Of a stretch of DNA of 64,000 bases, positions 1 through 13,422 are shown piece by piece. The notes under the pieces are model-generated. The model was not told the DNA's origin, did no database searches, and saw only the letters and a program-made list of their open reading frames with translations. The stretch's first letter is position 1, and every line of letters begins with the position of its first letter. The position numbers and the translations under genes are program-made. The stretch spans positions 160,001 through 224,000 of the forward strand of contig CAXXYE010000009.1 in the NCBI GenBank assembly GCA_963674865.2, given 5' to 3'. Source of the DNA: Candidatus Hydrogenedentota bacterium. GTDB taxonomy: Bacteria > Hydrogenedentota > Hydrogenedentia > Hydrogenedentales > SLHB01.

Positions 1-704
1 AGAAGGGCCTCGATGCAGTCGTCCACGTACAGCACATTTCGCTTCTGGGCGCCCTTTCCGTAGATGGTCAGGCCCTTCCCTTGCAGCGCGAGGCCGATGA
101 AATGGTTCAACACGCCCCCGTCCCGGCTCTTGATATTTGCCCGAGGCCCGTAAACGTTCGCCAACCGGATGACGGTGGCCCGTACCCCGTGTACGCGATG
201 GTAGATGAGGTGGTACTTCTCGGCCGCGCTCTTGTTGGCTGAGTAGATATCCAGAGGGAACTCGGGATGCAGCTCGTCAAGCGGAGCGTGCAGCATGGGG
301 CCGCACTGTGTGCTCGTCCCCACATAAACCACCCGGGCCGCCGGATTGTCCTTCCGCGCCGACTCAAGCACGTTCATGGTGCCCTTGCAGTTGATATCGA
401 TATCCAGAAAGGGGTCCCGCAGTGAATAGGTATGCGATGTGTGGCCCGCGCAGTTGAAGATGACATCCTGCGCCGCGATCACCGGATTAACGAGATTGAA
501 ATCGCGGATATCGTTAATGATGACGCGTATGCGATCCTTGAGCCCCTCGACGTTGGCGGTATTGCCGCCGCCGTGGTCCATAAGTGAATCGATTACGGTA
601 ACCTGTGCGCCCAGTTCCACGCAGCGGGCCGCCAGATTGCTTCCAATGAAGCCCAGGCCGCCCAGAACCAATACACGCTTATTATTGAAGAATTCCGCCG
701 TCAA
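1..704 (-). CDS. NAD-dependent epimerase/dehydratase (extended SDR), 3' end runs off the window
   Basis: Not in the ORF track. Manual translation from TTG at 704 (AAGGAG RBS upstream) gives [24 protein letters not shown] (GxxGxxG), then YSANK (YxxxK) and NVYGP. The frame is open to position 1. Confidence 0.9.
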   Translation of the reverse strand, partial: MTAEFFNNKRVLVLGGLGFIGSNLAARCVELGAQVTVIDSLMDHGGGNTANVEGLKDRIRVIINDIRDFNLVNPVIAAQDVIFNCAGHTSHTYSLRDPFLDIDINCKGTMNVLESARKDNPAARVVYVGTSTQCGPMLHAPLDELHPEFPLDIYSANKSAAEKYHLIYHRVHGVRATVIRLANVYGPRANIKSRDGGVLNHFIGLALQGKGLTIYGKGAQKRNVLYVDDCIEAL

Positions 705-854
705 GGAACGGCTCCTTGCTCCCCTGCGGGGCCGACTTCCACCCGACACGGATAGCATAACACAACCAGTGCGCACCCCCACCACAGGGAGTTTTATTTC
801 GCCGTCTTCTCTGCTACCGTATGAGCAATTCGTCCGCCTCAGGGAGATCCTGTA

Positions 855-2003
855 ATGATGGGCTTTACCACAATAGTTCTGGCCATGCTGCTTCCGGCCG
901 CAATGGAGAATACCGCGATGTTGAAATTCGAGAAGATCAAGATTGGCAACGTCACGTACGAGGCAGCGGCCGCATTCGACGTCAACGACGACGGAATCAT
1001 TGACATTGTCTGCGGCGAGTACTGGTTCGAAGGCCCGGACTTCAAGAAGCAACACAAGATCTGCGATGTGCGGCCGGTGGACGACTACTACGATGATTTC
1101 GCGGATTTTCCGATGGACGTGAACGGCGACGGCCACCTCGACATCGTGACGGGCGCCTGGTTCGACAAGACGCTCCGCTGGCGTGAGAATCCGAAGGGCC
1201 GACCCGTCGAATGGACAGTGCACGATATCGCCGAGACGGGCAATATCGAGCGGCCGTGCTTTCACGACATCGACCGCGACGGCCACATCGAGGTCATTCC
1301 GAACTGCCCGGCCATGCCCGTCACCATCTTCAAGCTGCGGCGCGATGCGGAGGGTAGGGGCACGGGCGCCTTCGAGCAGCACGTCATCAGCGAAGGCGGC
1401 CAAGGCCATGGGATCGGCTTCGGCGACATCAACGGCGACGGACGTGACGACATCGTGCTCAATGGCGGCTGGCTGGAGGCGCCGCCGGAGCCGTTGAGCG
1501 GCAAGTGGACAATGCACGCCGAGTTCGATCTCGGCGGCCCCGCAAGTTGTCCTATTCTTGTGCATGATGTGAACGGCGATGGGCTCAACGACATCATCGT
1601 GGGCATGGGCCATGCCTACGGGCTCGCTTGGTGGGAACAACGTGTCGACGGCGAAGGCGCGCGCACGTGGGTGAAGCACGACATCGACACCGAACGCTCC
1701 CAGTACCACGATATGCAACTCGTGGATATTGATAACGACGGCCAACTCGAGCTGATAACGGGCAAGCGGTACCACGCCCACTGCGGCCATGATCCGGGCG
1801 CCGAAGACCCCATCGGCATCTATTACTTCAAGATCAATGGCGGCGCCTTCGAGCGCGTCACCATCGACTACGGCCCGCCGGATCAGGCGAGCGGCGCCGG
1901 CATCTATTTCTGGGTGGAGGACCTCGACGGCAACGGCTGGAAGGACATCATCGCCCCGGGGAAAGAGGGGCTGTTTCTTTTCAAGAACCTGGGGCCGGCC
2001 TGA
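855..2003 (+). CDS. FG-GAP/VCBS repeat beta-propeller protein
   Basis: About 7 DxN/DGDGxxD repeats ([36 protein letters not shown]). The start could be 918. Confidence 0.85.
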   Translation: MMGFTTIVLAMLLPAAMENTAMLKFEKIKIGNVTYEAAAAFDVNDDGIIDIVCGEYWFEGPDFKKQHKICDVRPVDDYYDDFADFPMDVNGDGHLDIVTGAWFDKTLRWRENPKGRPVEWTVHDIAETGNIERPCFHDIDRDGHIEVIPNCPAMPVTIFKLRRDAEGRGTGAFEQHVISEGGQGHGIGFGDINGDGRDDIVLNGGWLEAPPEPLSGKWTMHAEFDLGGPASCPILVHDVNGDGLNDIIVGMGHAYGLAWWEQRVDGEGARTWVKHDIDTERSQYHDMQLVDIDNDGQLELITGKRYHAHCGHDPGAEDPIGIYYFKINGGAFERVTIDYGPPDQASGAGIYFWVEDLDGNGWKDIIAPGKEGLFLFKNLGPA

Positions 2004-2011
2004 GGCGACGC

Positions 2012-2818
2012 TCAGTCCCTTAGCTCCAGTTCGATGTGCGCGAACATGCCAAGCTGCGGATTCAACGGCCGCAGCAGCCCTTCGAAGCCGCGCCAAACCG
2101 GGTAGGCCCACCCCGGCGCAGGCGAGCGTAGCGACACCCCCCCGGAGAGCAAGTACGAAAAGGGCAGGAAGGGCTCGATGCGCTTCACGCGCAACATGGG
2201 AAATTCCCGCTCGAATGTTGCCCGATCTCGCATGAAGATAATCCAGGGCAAAGCCCCATTCGCCGTGGATAACGGCCCCCCGCCGGGCAGATCCCATCCG
2301 GCAGTCGCATCGAACGGCTCGTGATGGAAATGCGTGAAAACCAGCCGGGACCACCATGTATTCCAAGGCTCGATCATGACGACGCGCCCGCCCGGCTTCA
2401 GGCATCGCACGGCCTCCGACAGGAACGCGCGAGGACGCGGGATATGATGGAACACGTCGAGCAAGAAGAGGGCTGCCACCGAGGCGCTTGAGAAGGGCAT
2501 CGCTTCCGCCGAAAAGGCGACATCGACAAACGCCAAAGGCATTACCTCGGATGTCACCGCCCCAGGCAGTACTTCCTTGAGGAAACCCGCCCCGGAACCC
2601 AGCTCTACCCGCATCCCGTCCGGCGCGCGTTCGGCGGCGTGCGCAAAAAGGCCATAGCATTCGCGGTAGAGTCGGTTAAGGAAAGCCTTGCGCTCGAGCA
2701 CGGCCCGGCGGATCGCCGTCACTTCGGGATCATCCAGCTCCCGCCCGGCCAGTTCCGGGAGTTCAAGCCAAGCCTTCAGTCGTTCAATCAAGCGTATGGC
2801 CCCGTACCGCATCACCAA
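2012..2818 (-). CDS. Class I SAM-dependent methyltransferase
   Basis: VELGSGAG motif I, DVFHHI, LKPGGRV. Directly downstream of fcl. Confidence 0.85.
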   Translation of the reverse strand: MVMRYGAIRLIERLKAWLELPELAGRELDDPEVTAIRRAVLERKAFLNRLYRECYGLFAHAAERAPDGMRVELGSGAGFLKEVLPGAVTSEVMPLAFVDVAFSAEAMPFSSASVAALFLLDVFHHIPRPRAFLSEAVRCLKPGGRVVMIEPWNTWWSRLVFTHFHHEPFDATAGWDLPGGGPLSTANGALPWIIFMRDRATFEREFPMLRVKRIEPFLPFSYLLSGGVSLRSPAPGWAYPVWRGFEGLLRPLNPQLGMFAHIELELRD

Positions 2819-2833
2819 CCGCTCTCGGCGGCC

Positions 2834-4802
<1,969 letters not shown>

Positions 4803-5156
4803 GTATCTCTCCTCAGTATTCCTTCCAGAGCGTCTGCCGACGCCCGATGCTGCATTTCACCAGCGGGAGCAATGACGCTGCTCTCCCGTTCACAAAGGAT
4901 CGCTCCCGTCGCCCCGTATCCTCCGATGGAGCAATGTCAAAACAGCCAGTAGGCAGCATAGACAACACCCTTGGACTAGTCAAGCCACGCGCGCGTCGCG
5001 GCACGGAGAAAAAAATCGGGCCAGCACCAGGTTTGTGGCGAGGGCCGCTCTCTTGTAGAATGCGCTTCTCTTGTCCCCGAAGGGAGCTTTGAGCGCAACG
5101 AGCGGGCCCAAGCAGCATGGCCTACGGAACTTGCATGACTATGAGCAGCACCCGCC

Positions 5157-7874
5157 ATGAGCACTGACGCCTCGCCCCGCGACAAGAAAGGACCGCAGGC
5201 CAACGGCGCCAAACGGCGCCCGCCGGATCACGCGGCGCCGAAGCCTGTAAGAGGCGCCAAACTGGCGCTCTTTTGGCTCTTGCTGATTGTGGTTTTCCCC
5301 GGACTTATCCTCCTGATCGCGGAGATGGGCCTACGCCTGGTTGGCTACGGGATAGACACAGGCTATTTCAAGAAGGTGCGCGTCGCCAGCGAGGCTTTCT
5401 ACGTGCCCAACTGCCGCTATTTCGAGCAATTCATGGGCGGCGATCTCGCGCGAAGTCCGGATCTTTGCCGGGTGCCCGCCGAGAAAGGCGACAACGTATA
5501 CCGGATATTCGTGCTCGGCGCATCAGCCGCGCGCGGCGAGCCGGACGACGCCTTCGGCATGGGGCGCTATCTCGAGGCGATGCTCGAAGCCGAGTTTCCC
5601 CAGGACTCCTTCGAGATGCACATGGTTGCCTGCGCGGCTATCAACAGCCATGTTGTCCGCCGCATCGCGCGCGAATGCGCCCGCCTGGAACCCGACCTCT
5701 TCGTCGTCTACCTAGGCAACAATGAGGTTATCGGCCCCTACGGTTCCGGCACGGTTTTTCAGTCCCGCGCACAGAGTCTCGCGTCGATCCGGTTCGCCAT
5801 GGCGGCGCAATCGCTGCGGCTGGTTCAGTTTGCCCAGAATCTGGGCGCCAGGCTACAGAACACGCGCCAAGTACATCGAGACTGGCAAGGACTCGAGATG
5901 TTCGCGCAGAACCAGGTCGCCGCGAACGATCCACGCCTCGGCCACATTTACGACTTCTTCGAGGCCAACCTCGGGGACATCGTGAAGGCTGGCACGGAAG
6001 CGGGCGCGCGCGTACTCGTCTCATCCGTGGCGAGCAATCTCAAAGACTATCCGCCGTGCGGCTCGCAGCATCGTCAAGGAATGTCCGCCGAAGAGGCGGC
6101 CGAGTGGGAAGCCGTCGTTGAGGCTGGTGCGGCCCATGTCGATGCGGGAGAACTCGACGCGGCCGTGGCCGCTTTCCGAAAAGCACTCGAACTGGACGAC
6201 GAGTACGCCAGATTGCACTACCGGCTGGGCCGGGCGCTGCTTTTGCAGGGAGAGACTGACGATGCCCGGCGGGCCTTCATCAGAGCGCGCGACCTCGATA
6301 CGCTCCGTTTTCGCGCGGACACCATCATTAACGAGCGGATCGCGCGCATCGCCGGCCAGTATGCGGAGCGGGGCGCGACATTCGTCGATGGCGATGCCGC
6401 TGTGGCCGCGGCCAGCCCTCACGGGATCCCCGGCGAAGAGCTTCTCTACGAGCACGTGCACTACCGTACCGAGGGCAACTACGTAATGGCCCGGGCCCTC
6501 TTCGACGCCCTCATGCCGCATCTGCCCGAGCGTTTGCAGGCACGGGCCGAGGGCGCAGGGGGCACGCCGACGTATGATATCTGCTCGGAACGCCTCGCCC
6601 TCACGGAGTGGAATCTCTACGAGCACACATCGCGCATGTTGGGCATGGTAAGCCGCCCGCCCTTCACGGGCCAGCTTGACTCCGACGTTCGCGAGCAGCG
6701 CTTCCGCAAGCGCCTGGCCGAGTTGGCGCGGTTCAAGTCGCCACAGACCCTCTCCCATATAGGCGCCCGATATGCGGCGGCCTTGAAGCGAATGCCGAAC
6801 GACCCCCACTTGCATCGCCACTACGCGCGTCTGCTGAACGAACTCGGCGATCGCGGGCGTGCCGTCGAGCAAGCCCGGTGGGTATGCGCCAACTATCCCA
6901 CATACCTGAAGGGGCGCTCGGAGTTGGGGGATATTCTTTGGCAATCCGGGCAGCCGGACAAGGCTATTGCGGCGTATGAGGAAGTCTTGGCCATGCGGCC
7001 CAGTGTACTGGACGCCAAACTCACCATCGCCCGATGCATGGAGGATAAGGGCGATCTGACAGGCGCCCTCAAGCGATACCAGGCATGTACGCGCATTCCA
7101 GGACTTGCCGAGGAGGCCTATGTCCGCCTCGGTCTCGCCCTTTCGCACATTGGCCGGCCTAATCCCGCGGAGCGGGCCTTCCGTGAGGCCATTGCTCTGA
7201 AGCCAAGTCTTGCCGCCGCGTATGATGGCCTCGACAAAGTCCTCGCGGCCAGACTGAGTCCGGCGGAAGCCGCGGACGAGTGGCGCGCCCTGGCCGAGGC
7301 GTACAAGGAGGCGCCCTATGGGTACTTACACTTGGGGAATATCCTGAGCGCCATGAGGGATGTTGAGGGCGCGGTTGCGGCGTATAGGCAGGCTTCCGGT
7401 ATCGACCCTCGCTCCACCGCCCCCTACCTGGCCCTGGCCTCCCTATATGCAAGCCAAGGCGCATTGCCCGAGGCTATCAACGAACAGAATCAAGCGATTG
7501 CCCTCGACCCCTACGACTACGACCTCCGCGTGCGGCTGGGCGATTACCTGGGCGCGGCCGGCAGGACGCACGAGGCCGTCGCCGCCTTGCGCAGCGCGAT
7601 AGACGTTAATCCGCATCGCCTACCGGCCTTGAAGATGCTCGACGTTATGCTCAGAGGGGCCAACGACACGGCGGAGCGCGTCCGCGTCTGGCGGGAACTG
7701 GCTAGGGCGCATTCCGATGCGCTGTTCCCCCCCTTCGCACTGGGAGCCGCCCTCGAAGATGCCGGGGATGTGGCCGGAGCCAGAGCAGCCTACGAAGACT
7801 GCCTACGCATCAACCCCCGATTCACTCCCGCGCAACAGGCCCTCGGGAGACTCGGCTCCATGAGCGCCGGATAG
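5157..7874 (+). CDS. Membrane-anchored SGNH-hydrolase-like domain plus tetratricopeptide repeat protein
   Basis: N-terminal TM helix. SGNH-like blocks VLGASAA, YLGNNE and EHVH. Many TPR repeats in the C-terminal half. Confidence 0.8.
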   Translation: MSTDASPRDKKGPQANGAKRRPPDHAAPKPVRGAKLALFWLLLIVVFPGLILLIAEMGLRLVGYGIDTGYFKKVRVASEAFYVPNCRYFEQFMGGDLARSPDLCRVPAEKGDNVYRIFVLGASAARGEPDDAFGMGRYLEAMLEAEFPQDSFEMHMVACAAINSHVVRRIARECARLEPDLFVVYLGNNEVIGPYGSGTVFQSRAQSLASIRFAMAAQSLRLVQFAQNLGARLQNTRQVHRDWQGLEMFAQNQVAANDPRLGHIYDFFEANLGDIVKAGTEAGARVLVSSVASNLKDYPPCGSQHRQGMSAEEAAEWEAVVEAGAAHVDAGELDAAVAAFRKALELDDEYARLHYRLGRALLLQGETDDARRAFIRARDLDTLRFRADTIINERIARIAGQYAERGATFVDGDAAVAAASPHGIPGEELLYEHVHYRTEGNYVMARALFDALMPHLPERLQARAEGAGGTPTYDICSERLALTEWNLYEHTSRMLGMVSRPPFTGQLDSDVREQRFRKRLAELARFKSPQTLSHIGARYAAALKRMPNDPHLHRHYARLLNELGDRGRAVEQARWVCANYPTYLKGRSELGDILWQSGQPDKAIAAYEEVLAMRPSVLDAKLTIARCMEDKGDLTGALKRYQACTRIPGLAEEAYVRLGLALSHIGRPNPAERAFREAIALKPSLAAAYDGLDKVLAARLSPAEAADEWRALAEAYKEAPYGYLHLGNILSAMRDVEGAVAAYRQASGIDPRSTAPYLALASLYASQGALPEAINEQNQAIALDPYDYDLRVRLGDYLGAAGRTHEAVAALRSAIDVNPHRLPALKMLDVMLRGANDTAERVRVWRELARAHSDALFPPFALGAALEDAGDVAGARAAYEDCLRINPRFTPAQQALGRLGSMSAG

Positions 7875-7913
7875 TCTGACGGCGTCGCCGAATCGGCGTC
7901 CTGCTCGCGGGGC

Positions 7914-8993
7914 TCAACGGGCCCTGCCGGAGTTTCGAGGTCGGGTTTGGCGTCGGATGAGCGCAAACGTTACCAGCCCCACACCGGACAAGGCCACGGC
8001 CAACGCGCCCAGCACACCGGCGGCCAGCGCCTTCGTGTTGGCGGCGCCTTGAGCGGGCAGCTTGGGAGGTTCGGATAGGCTGGGGTCCGCATCGGCGGCG
8101 GCCGAGAAGGCTTGTACCGTGGATTCAGAACCGGCCAAGGCTTCCCAGTTCGCGGCCAGCAGCATATCCACGCCGGGATTCTGCGCCTTCACAACGCAGC
8201 GGCATGCCTCGACAAAAAAGCCCTGCGCGTCCGCGATAGTCTTGGCGTTGATGCCCGCCCCCACAAGCGCGTACAGCGCCCGCCCCTGGCCGAAGACGGG
8301 GAAAGCCATCGGTGCATCGAGATCCTCGAGATCCGGTTCGCTGTACAAGAGCATGTTGACGAACGCCTCTTCGGCGGGCTCGTCGCGGGAAACGCGAATC
8401 ATCGAGAATTTGACGCCGCCCGATAATGCTGGAGAAGCATCCGACGGAATCCCTTGCTCGATGCCCGCGCGAAGCACGCTCGCCGCCTCGTCATCCCGCG
8501 CCAAGTCGCCGCTTTCCAGTAACACCCACACAGCGGCGTCCCCCGCGGCAAGTCGCTCCAAGATCTGCTTGCGGCGCGGTGAACTGAGGATGCGCTTGAC
8601 GGCATCGGCCGTCAACGGGCCCGACCACACCACCTTACCTATCCCCGAGCTAATCGGATAGGTGAGGGCAAGCCAAGGCGCCTGCGCTTCCTCGAAAGAT
8701 GTCCAAAGCGCCTGTGCCGCAGGATCCAGTGCCTCGTCCAAATCCAGCGCGCGCAGCACGGCGTTCGCGGGCGCGGCGGCGTCCCCGATCCCACGCTCGA
8801 GTTCCTGGACAAGCGCGTCCGCCTCGTCGGCCAATGGGCCACGGTGGAAGACAACCACGTGGTAGGTGTCGGGCGGCCACTGCTCGAGCGCCCAGCGAAA
8901 CACAGGCACATCGCAGGCCCACGCTGAACAAGCCGTTGACAACACCACGACGGCTAAGCGCCATGCCCACGACACTCTCGGGAGCGCATCCAA
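7914..8993 (-). CDS. Conserved hypothetical exported protein with C-terminal TM anchor
   Basis: Signal peptide followed by CDVPVFRWALEQW, FPVFGQGRAL and CRCVVKAQNPG, then a C-terminal hydrophobic helix with basic tail. Starts a few bases after the PQQ gene ends. Confidence 0.75.
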   Translation of the reverse strand: MDALPRVSWAWRLAVVVLSTACSAWACDVPVFRWALEQWPPDTYHVVVFHRGPLADEADALVQELERGIGDAAAPANAVLRALDLDEALDPAAQALWTSFEEAQAPWLALTYPISSGIGKVVWSGPLTADAVKRILSSPRRKQILERLAAGDAAVWVLLESGDLARDDEAASVLRAGIEQGIPSDASPALSGGVKFSMIRVSRDEPAEEAFVNMLLYSEPDLEDLDAPMAFPVFGQGRALYALVGAGINAKTIADAQGFFVEACRCVVKAQNPGVDMLLAANWEALAGSESTVQAFSAAADADPSLSEPPKLPAQGAANTKALAAGVLGALAVALSGVGLVTFALIRRQTRPRNSGRAR

Positions 8994-8997
8994 AATA

Positions 8998-11900
8998 TCA
9001 CCAACCTTCGGCCACGGCCTCGATCCCGCAGATAATCGGCGGCCTAACGGTTTCGGGGTCGGCGTTCCGAAGTTCCACCGTCAACACATCCCGGACCTGA
9101 ATGCCCTGGAAGTCCTTTACCAGAGGCCGCATAGGCGCGCCCGCCTCTTGCACAATGTCTAGCCGCTCCAGCAAAGCTTGGCCTCCTTGCACCGAAACGC
9201 CAAAGACGCGCTGATGTGGCCCAATCGGCTCCGGTTCAACGAAATGGAGCCGTACCGTATAGGGCCGGGCCTCGGCCGCCTTCTCCATGAGCTTAACGCG
9301 AACGGACTCGATACCCTTCCCGCCGGAGGCCGCGACCCATCTCAGGCCCTCGTCATCGAGCCGCAGAGAATGGTGGCGAAACCACTCCGGCCGCTCGGGC
9401 GTGACGGACACCGGTATGTCCGGCGAAGGGCCCCCAACACTGGGATAGTCCAGCCAGAGCGTTCCCTCGGGCGTGAGGCGATCTCCCGGCGCGCCCAGGT
9501 TGATGCCTACGCGCTTGATGGGATCGTCCCCGGCCTCGTACTCGTTGAATGTCCACGCTTCGGCATCCGGCATATGTACGAGGGCGAGCGACGTCTGATT
9601 CTGATAGGCACAGGAGCAAGTACGCGTGTAGTCGGGGGCGTTGAGCACGCCATTCGCGGCTACCAGGCACGCGGAGCAACCTGACTTGAAACCACCGAAG
9701 TTGCCCGTGCCGCCGCCGGACCCCATGTCGTAGTAACCGGCCGCGCCTGAGCGGAATGTGAGGACGTACTCGGCGGCGATGGGATAATTACACCCGTACT
9801 TGCGGGACCACGTCCACGGCAAGATCTTTCCCGTAAGGGGATGCTGCCGCTCGACTACCTTTCCCGTAAGCAGATCGAACATCCCGCCCTCGGTGACAAT
9901 CGTGCGGCCATGAAGCAAAGGAAACGTCGGATATTCGCGCGATTCATCCCAAAGCACGGCCCCATCCGACCCGCGGTAGGCAACCATCCGCTCCCCGGTT
10001 TCACCACGCACCTGATCGCGCGAGGGCCGGGTGGTTTGGAGCAATGTGTCGTATTCCTCGGAATAGCAGAGGAACGAGCCGAAAACCGTATCCGTTTCCT
10101 CCCAAATGACGCGGCCCGTGCGCACGTCGACGGCAAGCAGTCGGTAGTCGGAGGGAGGCTTCGCGCCGCGCCGCGCAAGCTGGCCCTCGATGTGAGGCGG
10201 GAGCTTGTCCAGACAGAACAAGGTGCCGCCGCCAATGGCGGTGCCGTTGTGCAGGAAGCCGTGCCGCGCATCGATCTGCCAGAGTATCTCCCCCGACCTC
10301 CGGTTCATTCCAAGAAGCCGGTGACTCGCACTGCGATCGAAATCCTCCCAGATCGAGTACTCCTTCTTCTTCGTCGGCAGAATGTCCGAGAACGCCACAA
10401 ATCCCGCGCCCGCGATCAAGAGATCGTCATAGACACCAATGTAGCCCCAGGGCGGCGGCTTTGGCCTGCGGGCCTCCGGATCCTCGAAGGGGAGAGATAT
10501 GTTGCCCGTGATTTCTCCCGTGGCTGGGTCGAGCACCGCACACGTCCCGCCCTGAATGACGTAGATGGCGTCCTGAGTCGCCACAAAGTTCGTGCCGCGG
10601 ATATTCGCGCCGGGGATGTGTACCTGGTTGTAGATGGGAACCGTTGGCGCATCTTTGTAGGTTTTGTTGAAATAGGTATCGAAGGTATCCAGCCCGTAGA
10701 GCGGCGTCTTCCACAATACGCGGCCGGTGTAGACGTCGCGCGCGCTGAGGCAGTCCATCCCCTCGATGAAAAGGCGGCCGTCCACCACTTGCTCCGTTGG
10801 GCCGTGTCCGTGCCGCGGCAGCACGTCCAGGTTCGAGGGACCCCCGAACCAGAGCAGGCCAAGGGGCAACCTCACCAACGTATCATCCGATTTGCCTGTC
10901 TGGGCGGGATTGCCGAGAAGGTGCGTCCAATTGGCCGCGCCGGGTAGAGGTCCCTTCCGGAACATGATCAGATCCAGCCCCTCAGACTCGACGTCAAGCC
11001 CCGGGAAATCGCCCGACCGCGCGGCGCCGGCCGCGGAGGCGAAGTCCTCGGGACTCAGGTTACGGAGCCAGGCCGCGCCGCCGTAGGGACGCATCGAGTG
11101 GAACACGCGCGCCAGAAGCGTCTCGTCATCCATGGCGGCCGGCGTATCCGCGTAGTCGACAATCGTGAGCGATGCGATGTACGGCGGCGCCTCAAACGTA
11201 AGGGGATCGCCCTGATGTATGGCTAGGCGACGCCCGTAGATTCCCTTGCCGTCGAAATGCTCCCGGAGGTCGCCGATGGGCGCCCCCTCGGGAACGACGG
11301 CGATCACACAGAGGTCCGAGCCGCTTACCAGAGCTTCGAGCAAGTCGGCATCACCGCGGCCGAAATAGAGCGCATAGCCCGCCGAAGCGCCCGTCTGCTC
11401 GAGGATATCCAATGCCTCGCGCATGCCGTCTGGAGCGGGCCCCGCCGGGACGGGGCGATCCATGGCTTGACGAACGCGCTGCCGGCGCGGCCCGAAAGCC
11501 ATGATCCGGCCGTCCTCCGTCACCGCGAACAACTTGCCGTCCGCGGCCACGAGCCGTTTGATGTCGCCCTCGACCGTCTTGGCCCATGCGATTTGCGGTG
11601 TGTCTCCCGCCTCGGACAGTTCGATGGCCGTGATCCGCTGGTTGCCGGCGGCGTAGAGCCGCCCGCCCGCGCGGATGAGGTCGCCCGAAGCATCCACATC
11701 GAGTTCCCAGCGCCGGGCAGCCTCCCAATCCTTGGGGTCGGCACGCACCTGGGCCGCGTCGTATGCACTCACGGTGGAGCCCGAGAAGTAATAGAGGCCG
11801 TCCGATACCACCGGCTGCGTACCGATGCTCCTGACGAGTATGTCGCCCGTGTCGAGGTCGTACAGGGTGGTGACCTTCTCCCGGTGGTGATTGAAGAACG

Positions 11901-12750
11901 CGCCCTCACCCGCGCACACGAAGGCCCCCCCTGTCTTCCCGCTGCTCCCAAGTCGGTAATACAAGAGGTCGCCCGTGGCGCGATCAAGGGCCGCGGGAAC
12001 CGACCGGCCACCCGGGACAAGCAGCTTGTCGCCCGCCACCACGAAGGCGCCTTGAGGCCCTACACCCGCGAAGGACAGCGCCCCACCGTGGGGCTGCTGC
12101 TGAAAAGTGGCGCTGTCGGCGTCGTTCAGCCAGATAGTCTCCCCGGTTTCGGGGTCGAGCGCGTACATGAACGTGCCCATCATCGGCCAGATGCTGGCCG
12201 CAAAATAGAGCACGCCGTCGGCTATCACGGGGCCGCCCCGAACCGGCCACATCGAAATCACGCGCTTGTTGCCCAGGACCTTCCGGCCATCCGGCCCGCC
12301 ATGGCGCCGCCATAAGAGCTTGCCGTTCTTGCCGTTAAGGCAATACAAGCAGCCATCGTCGGAACCGAAGTAAACCTTCCCCTGCCAAGCCACCGGAGGG
12401 AGGCGGACGGGCCCGTCGGTGTAGAAAGCCCACTTCTCCTTCCCGGTGCCGGTGTCGAGGGCAGCCAGTTTGTCCGCGTCATTGAAGCCGACGAACAACG
12501 TGTCGCCCGCCACAACCGGCTCGAAGAATGTGTCATAGGGCATCAAGTCCCAGTTCAAGGGATCATCCCAAACCGGCTCGCGGGGGGGATACTGCCGCAC
12601 CCACTGAAGGTGGAGTTCGCCGGGGAGATCCTCGGGCGAGGCCGCGCTGCGCGATGCGTCGCACCGCCACATAGGCCAGTCACCGGCCAAGCCGACCGGT
12701 GCTATCAGCGCGAAAAAGCAGAAAAGACTGACGATTCGAGGCAATATCAT
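8998..12750 (-). CDS. Large PQQ-like beta-propeller protein with methyltransferase-like insert and C-terminal malectin-like domain
   Basis: Signal peptide followed by DWPMWRCDASRS, and repeated DxxTGxxxW propeller motifs in two blocks. The C-terminus YTVRLHFVEP..RVFGVSVQG..ICGIE is malectin-like. Start taken at MILPRIV. Confidence 0.82.
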   Translation of the reverse strand: MILPRIVSLFCFFALIAPVGLAGDWPMWRCDASRSAASPEDLPGELHLQWVRQYPPREPVWDDPLNWDLMPYDTFFEPVVAGDTLFVGFNDADKLAALDTGTGKEKWAFYTDGPVRLPPVAWQGKVYFGSDDGCLYCLNGKNGKLLWRRHGGPDGRKVLGNKRVISMWPVRGGPVIADGVLYFAASIWPMMGTFMYALDPETGETIWLNDADSATFQQQPHGGALSFAGVGPQGAFVVAGDKLLVPGGRSVPAALDRATGDLLYYRLGSSGKTGGAFVCAGEGAFFNHHREKVTTLYDLDTGDILVRSIGTQPVVSDGLYYFSGSTVSAYDAAQVRADPKDWEAARRWELDVDASGDLIRAGGRLYAAGNQRITAIELSEAGDTPQIAWAKTVEGDIKRLVAADGKLFAVTEDGRIMAFGPRRQRVRQAMDRPVPAGPAPDGMREALDILEQTGASAGYALYFGRGDADLLEALVSGSDLCVIAVVPEGAPIGDLREHFDGKGIYGRRLAIHQGDPLTFEAPPYIASLTIVDYADTPAAMDDETLLARVFHSMRPYGGAAWLRNLSPEDFASAAGAARSGDFPGLDVESEGLDLIMFRKGPLPGAANWTHLLGNPAQTGKSDDTLVRLPLGLLWFGGPSNLDVLPRHGHGPTEQVVDGRLFIEGMDCLSARDVYTGRVLWKTPLYGLDTFDTYFNKTYKDAPTVPIYNQVHIPGANIRGTNFVATQDAIYVIQGGTCAVLDPATGEITGNISLPFEDPEARRPKPPPWGYIGVYDDLLIAGAGFVAFSDILPTKKKEYSIWEDFDRSASHRLLGMNRRSGEILWQIDARHGFLHNGTAIGGGTLFCLDKLPPHIEGQLARRGAKPPSDYRLLAVDVRTGRVIWEETDTVFGSFLCYSEEYDTLLQTTRPSRDQVRGETGERMVAYRGSDGAVLWDESREYPTFPLLHGRTIVTEGGMFDLLTGKVVERQHPLTGKILPWTWSRKYGCNYPIAAEYVLTFRSGAAGYYDMGSGGGTGNFGGFKSGCSACLVAANGVLNAPDYTRTCSCAYQNQTSLALVHMPDAEAWTFNEYEAGDDPIKRVGINLGAPGDRLTPEGTLWLDYPSVGGPSPDIPVSVTPERPEWFRHHSLRLDDEGLRWVAASGGKGIESVRVKLMEKAAEARPYTVRLHFVEPEPIGPHQRVFGVSVQGGQALLERLDIVQEAGAPMRPLVKDFQGIQVRDVLTVELRNADPETVRPPIICGIEAVAEGW

Positions 12751-13032
12751 GAAGGGATCGACCTCACTCTCTTGGGGAGGGAACACTACCGAAAGGGGTA
12801 TTCCATCGATTCGACTATGGCAGCCAGGGAAGGCACAACAATACAAGTTTACCCGCTCGGTGCCACGCCCTGTCAAGTTGGCGCTCGGGCCTGCAACGCT
12901 ACGCTCGTTGATACCAGCGGCGTTTTGAGTTCCTTCCTGTGCTGCGCACGATGAGTCCGTCGCCTGTTGAACCTAAGCATGTCCCTGGGCATACTCTCAA
13001 AAGAGCTGGCTCAAACCGAGGAGACGCTCACG

Positions 13033-13422
13033 TTGGCAGGCAAGGGAAAGGCCGTGCGGTCAGGCAGGGAACTTCGCGACAAAGTGGCGGCACTCGCCGA
13101 CTCCCTCGGCCTCAATGTCGAGACGGAAGTCCAGGTGGGACGCCGTATCTGGGGCGCGAAGCGTCATATCGATGTCGTCGTAAAACACCCCGAGACGCGT
13201 GTCAGCCTTGGAATTGAGTGCAAATTCCAGGATTCTCGCGGCACAGCGGAGGAGAAGATCCCCGCAACCATCGACGACATAAAGGCTTGGCCCATAAGAG
13301 GAATCGTGGTGTACGCAGGCAAAGGATTCACCCCCAACATGGAGTCATATCTTGTCTCCACGGGCGCTGCAATCGGATTTGAAGACCTGCAAAGCTGGTT
13401 GGAGTTGTACTTCGGCTTATGA
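13033..13422 (+). CDS. Small PD-(D/E)XK nuclease, putative restriction endonuclease partner of Dam
   Basis: HIDVVV...GIECKFQ..GTAEEKIP catalytic pattern. TTG start after GAGGAG. The stop overlaps the methylase start (ATGA). Confidence 0.75.
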   Translation: MAGKGKAVRSGRELRDKVAALADSLGLNVETEVQVGRRIWGAKRHIDVVVKHPETRVSLGIECKFQDSRGTAEEKIPATIDDIKAWPIRGIVVYAGKGFTPNMESYLVSTGAAIGFEDLQSWLELYFGL

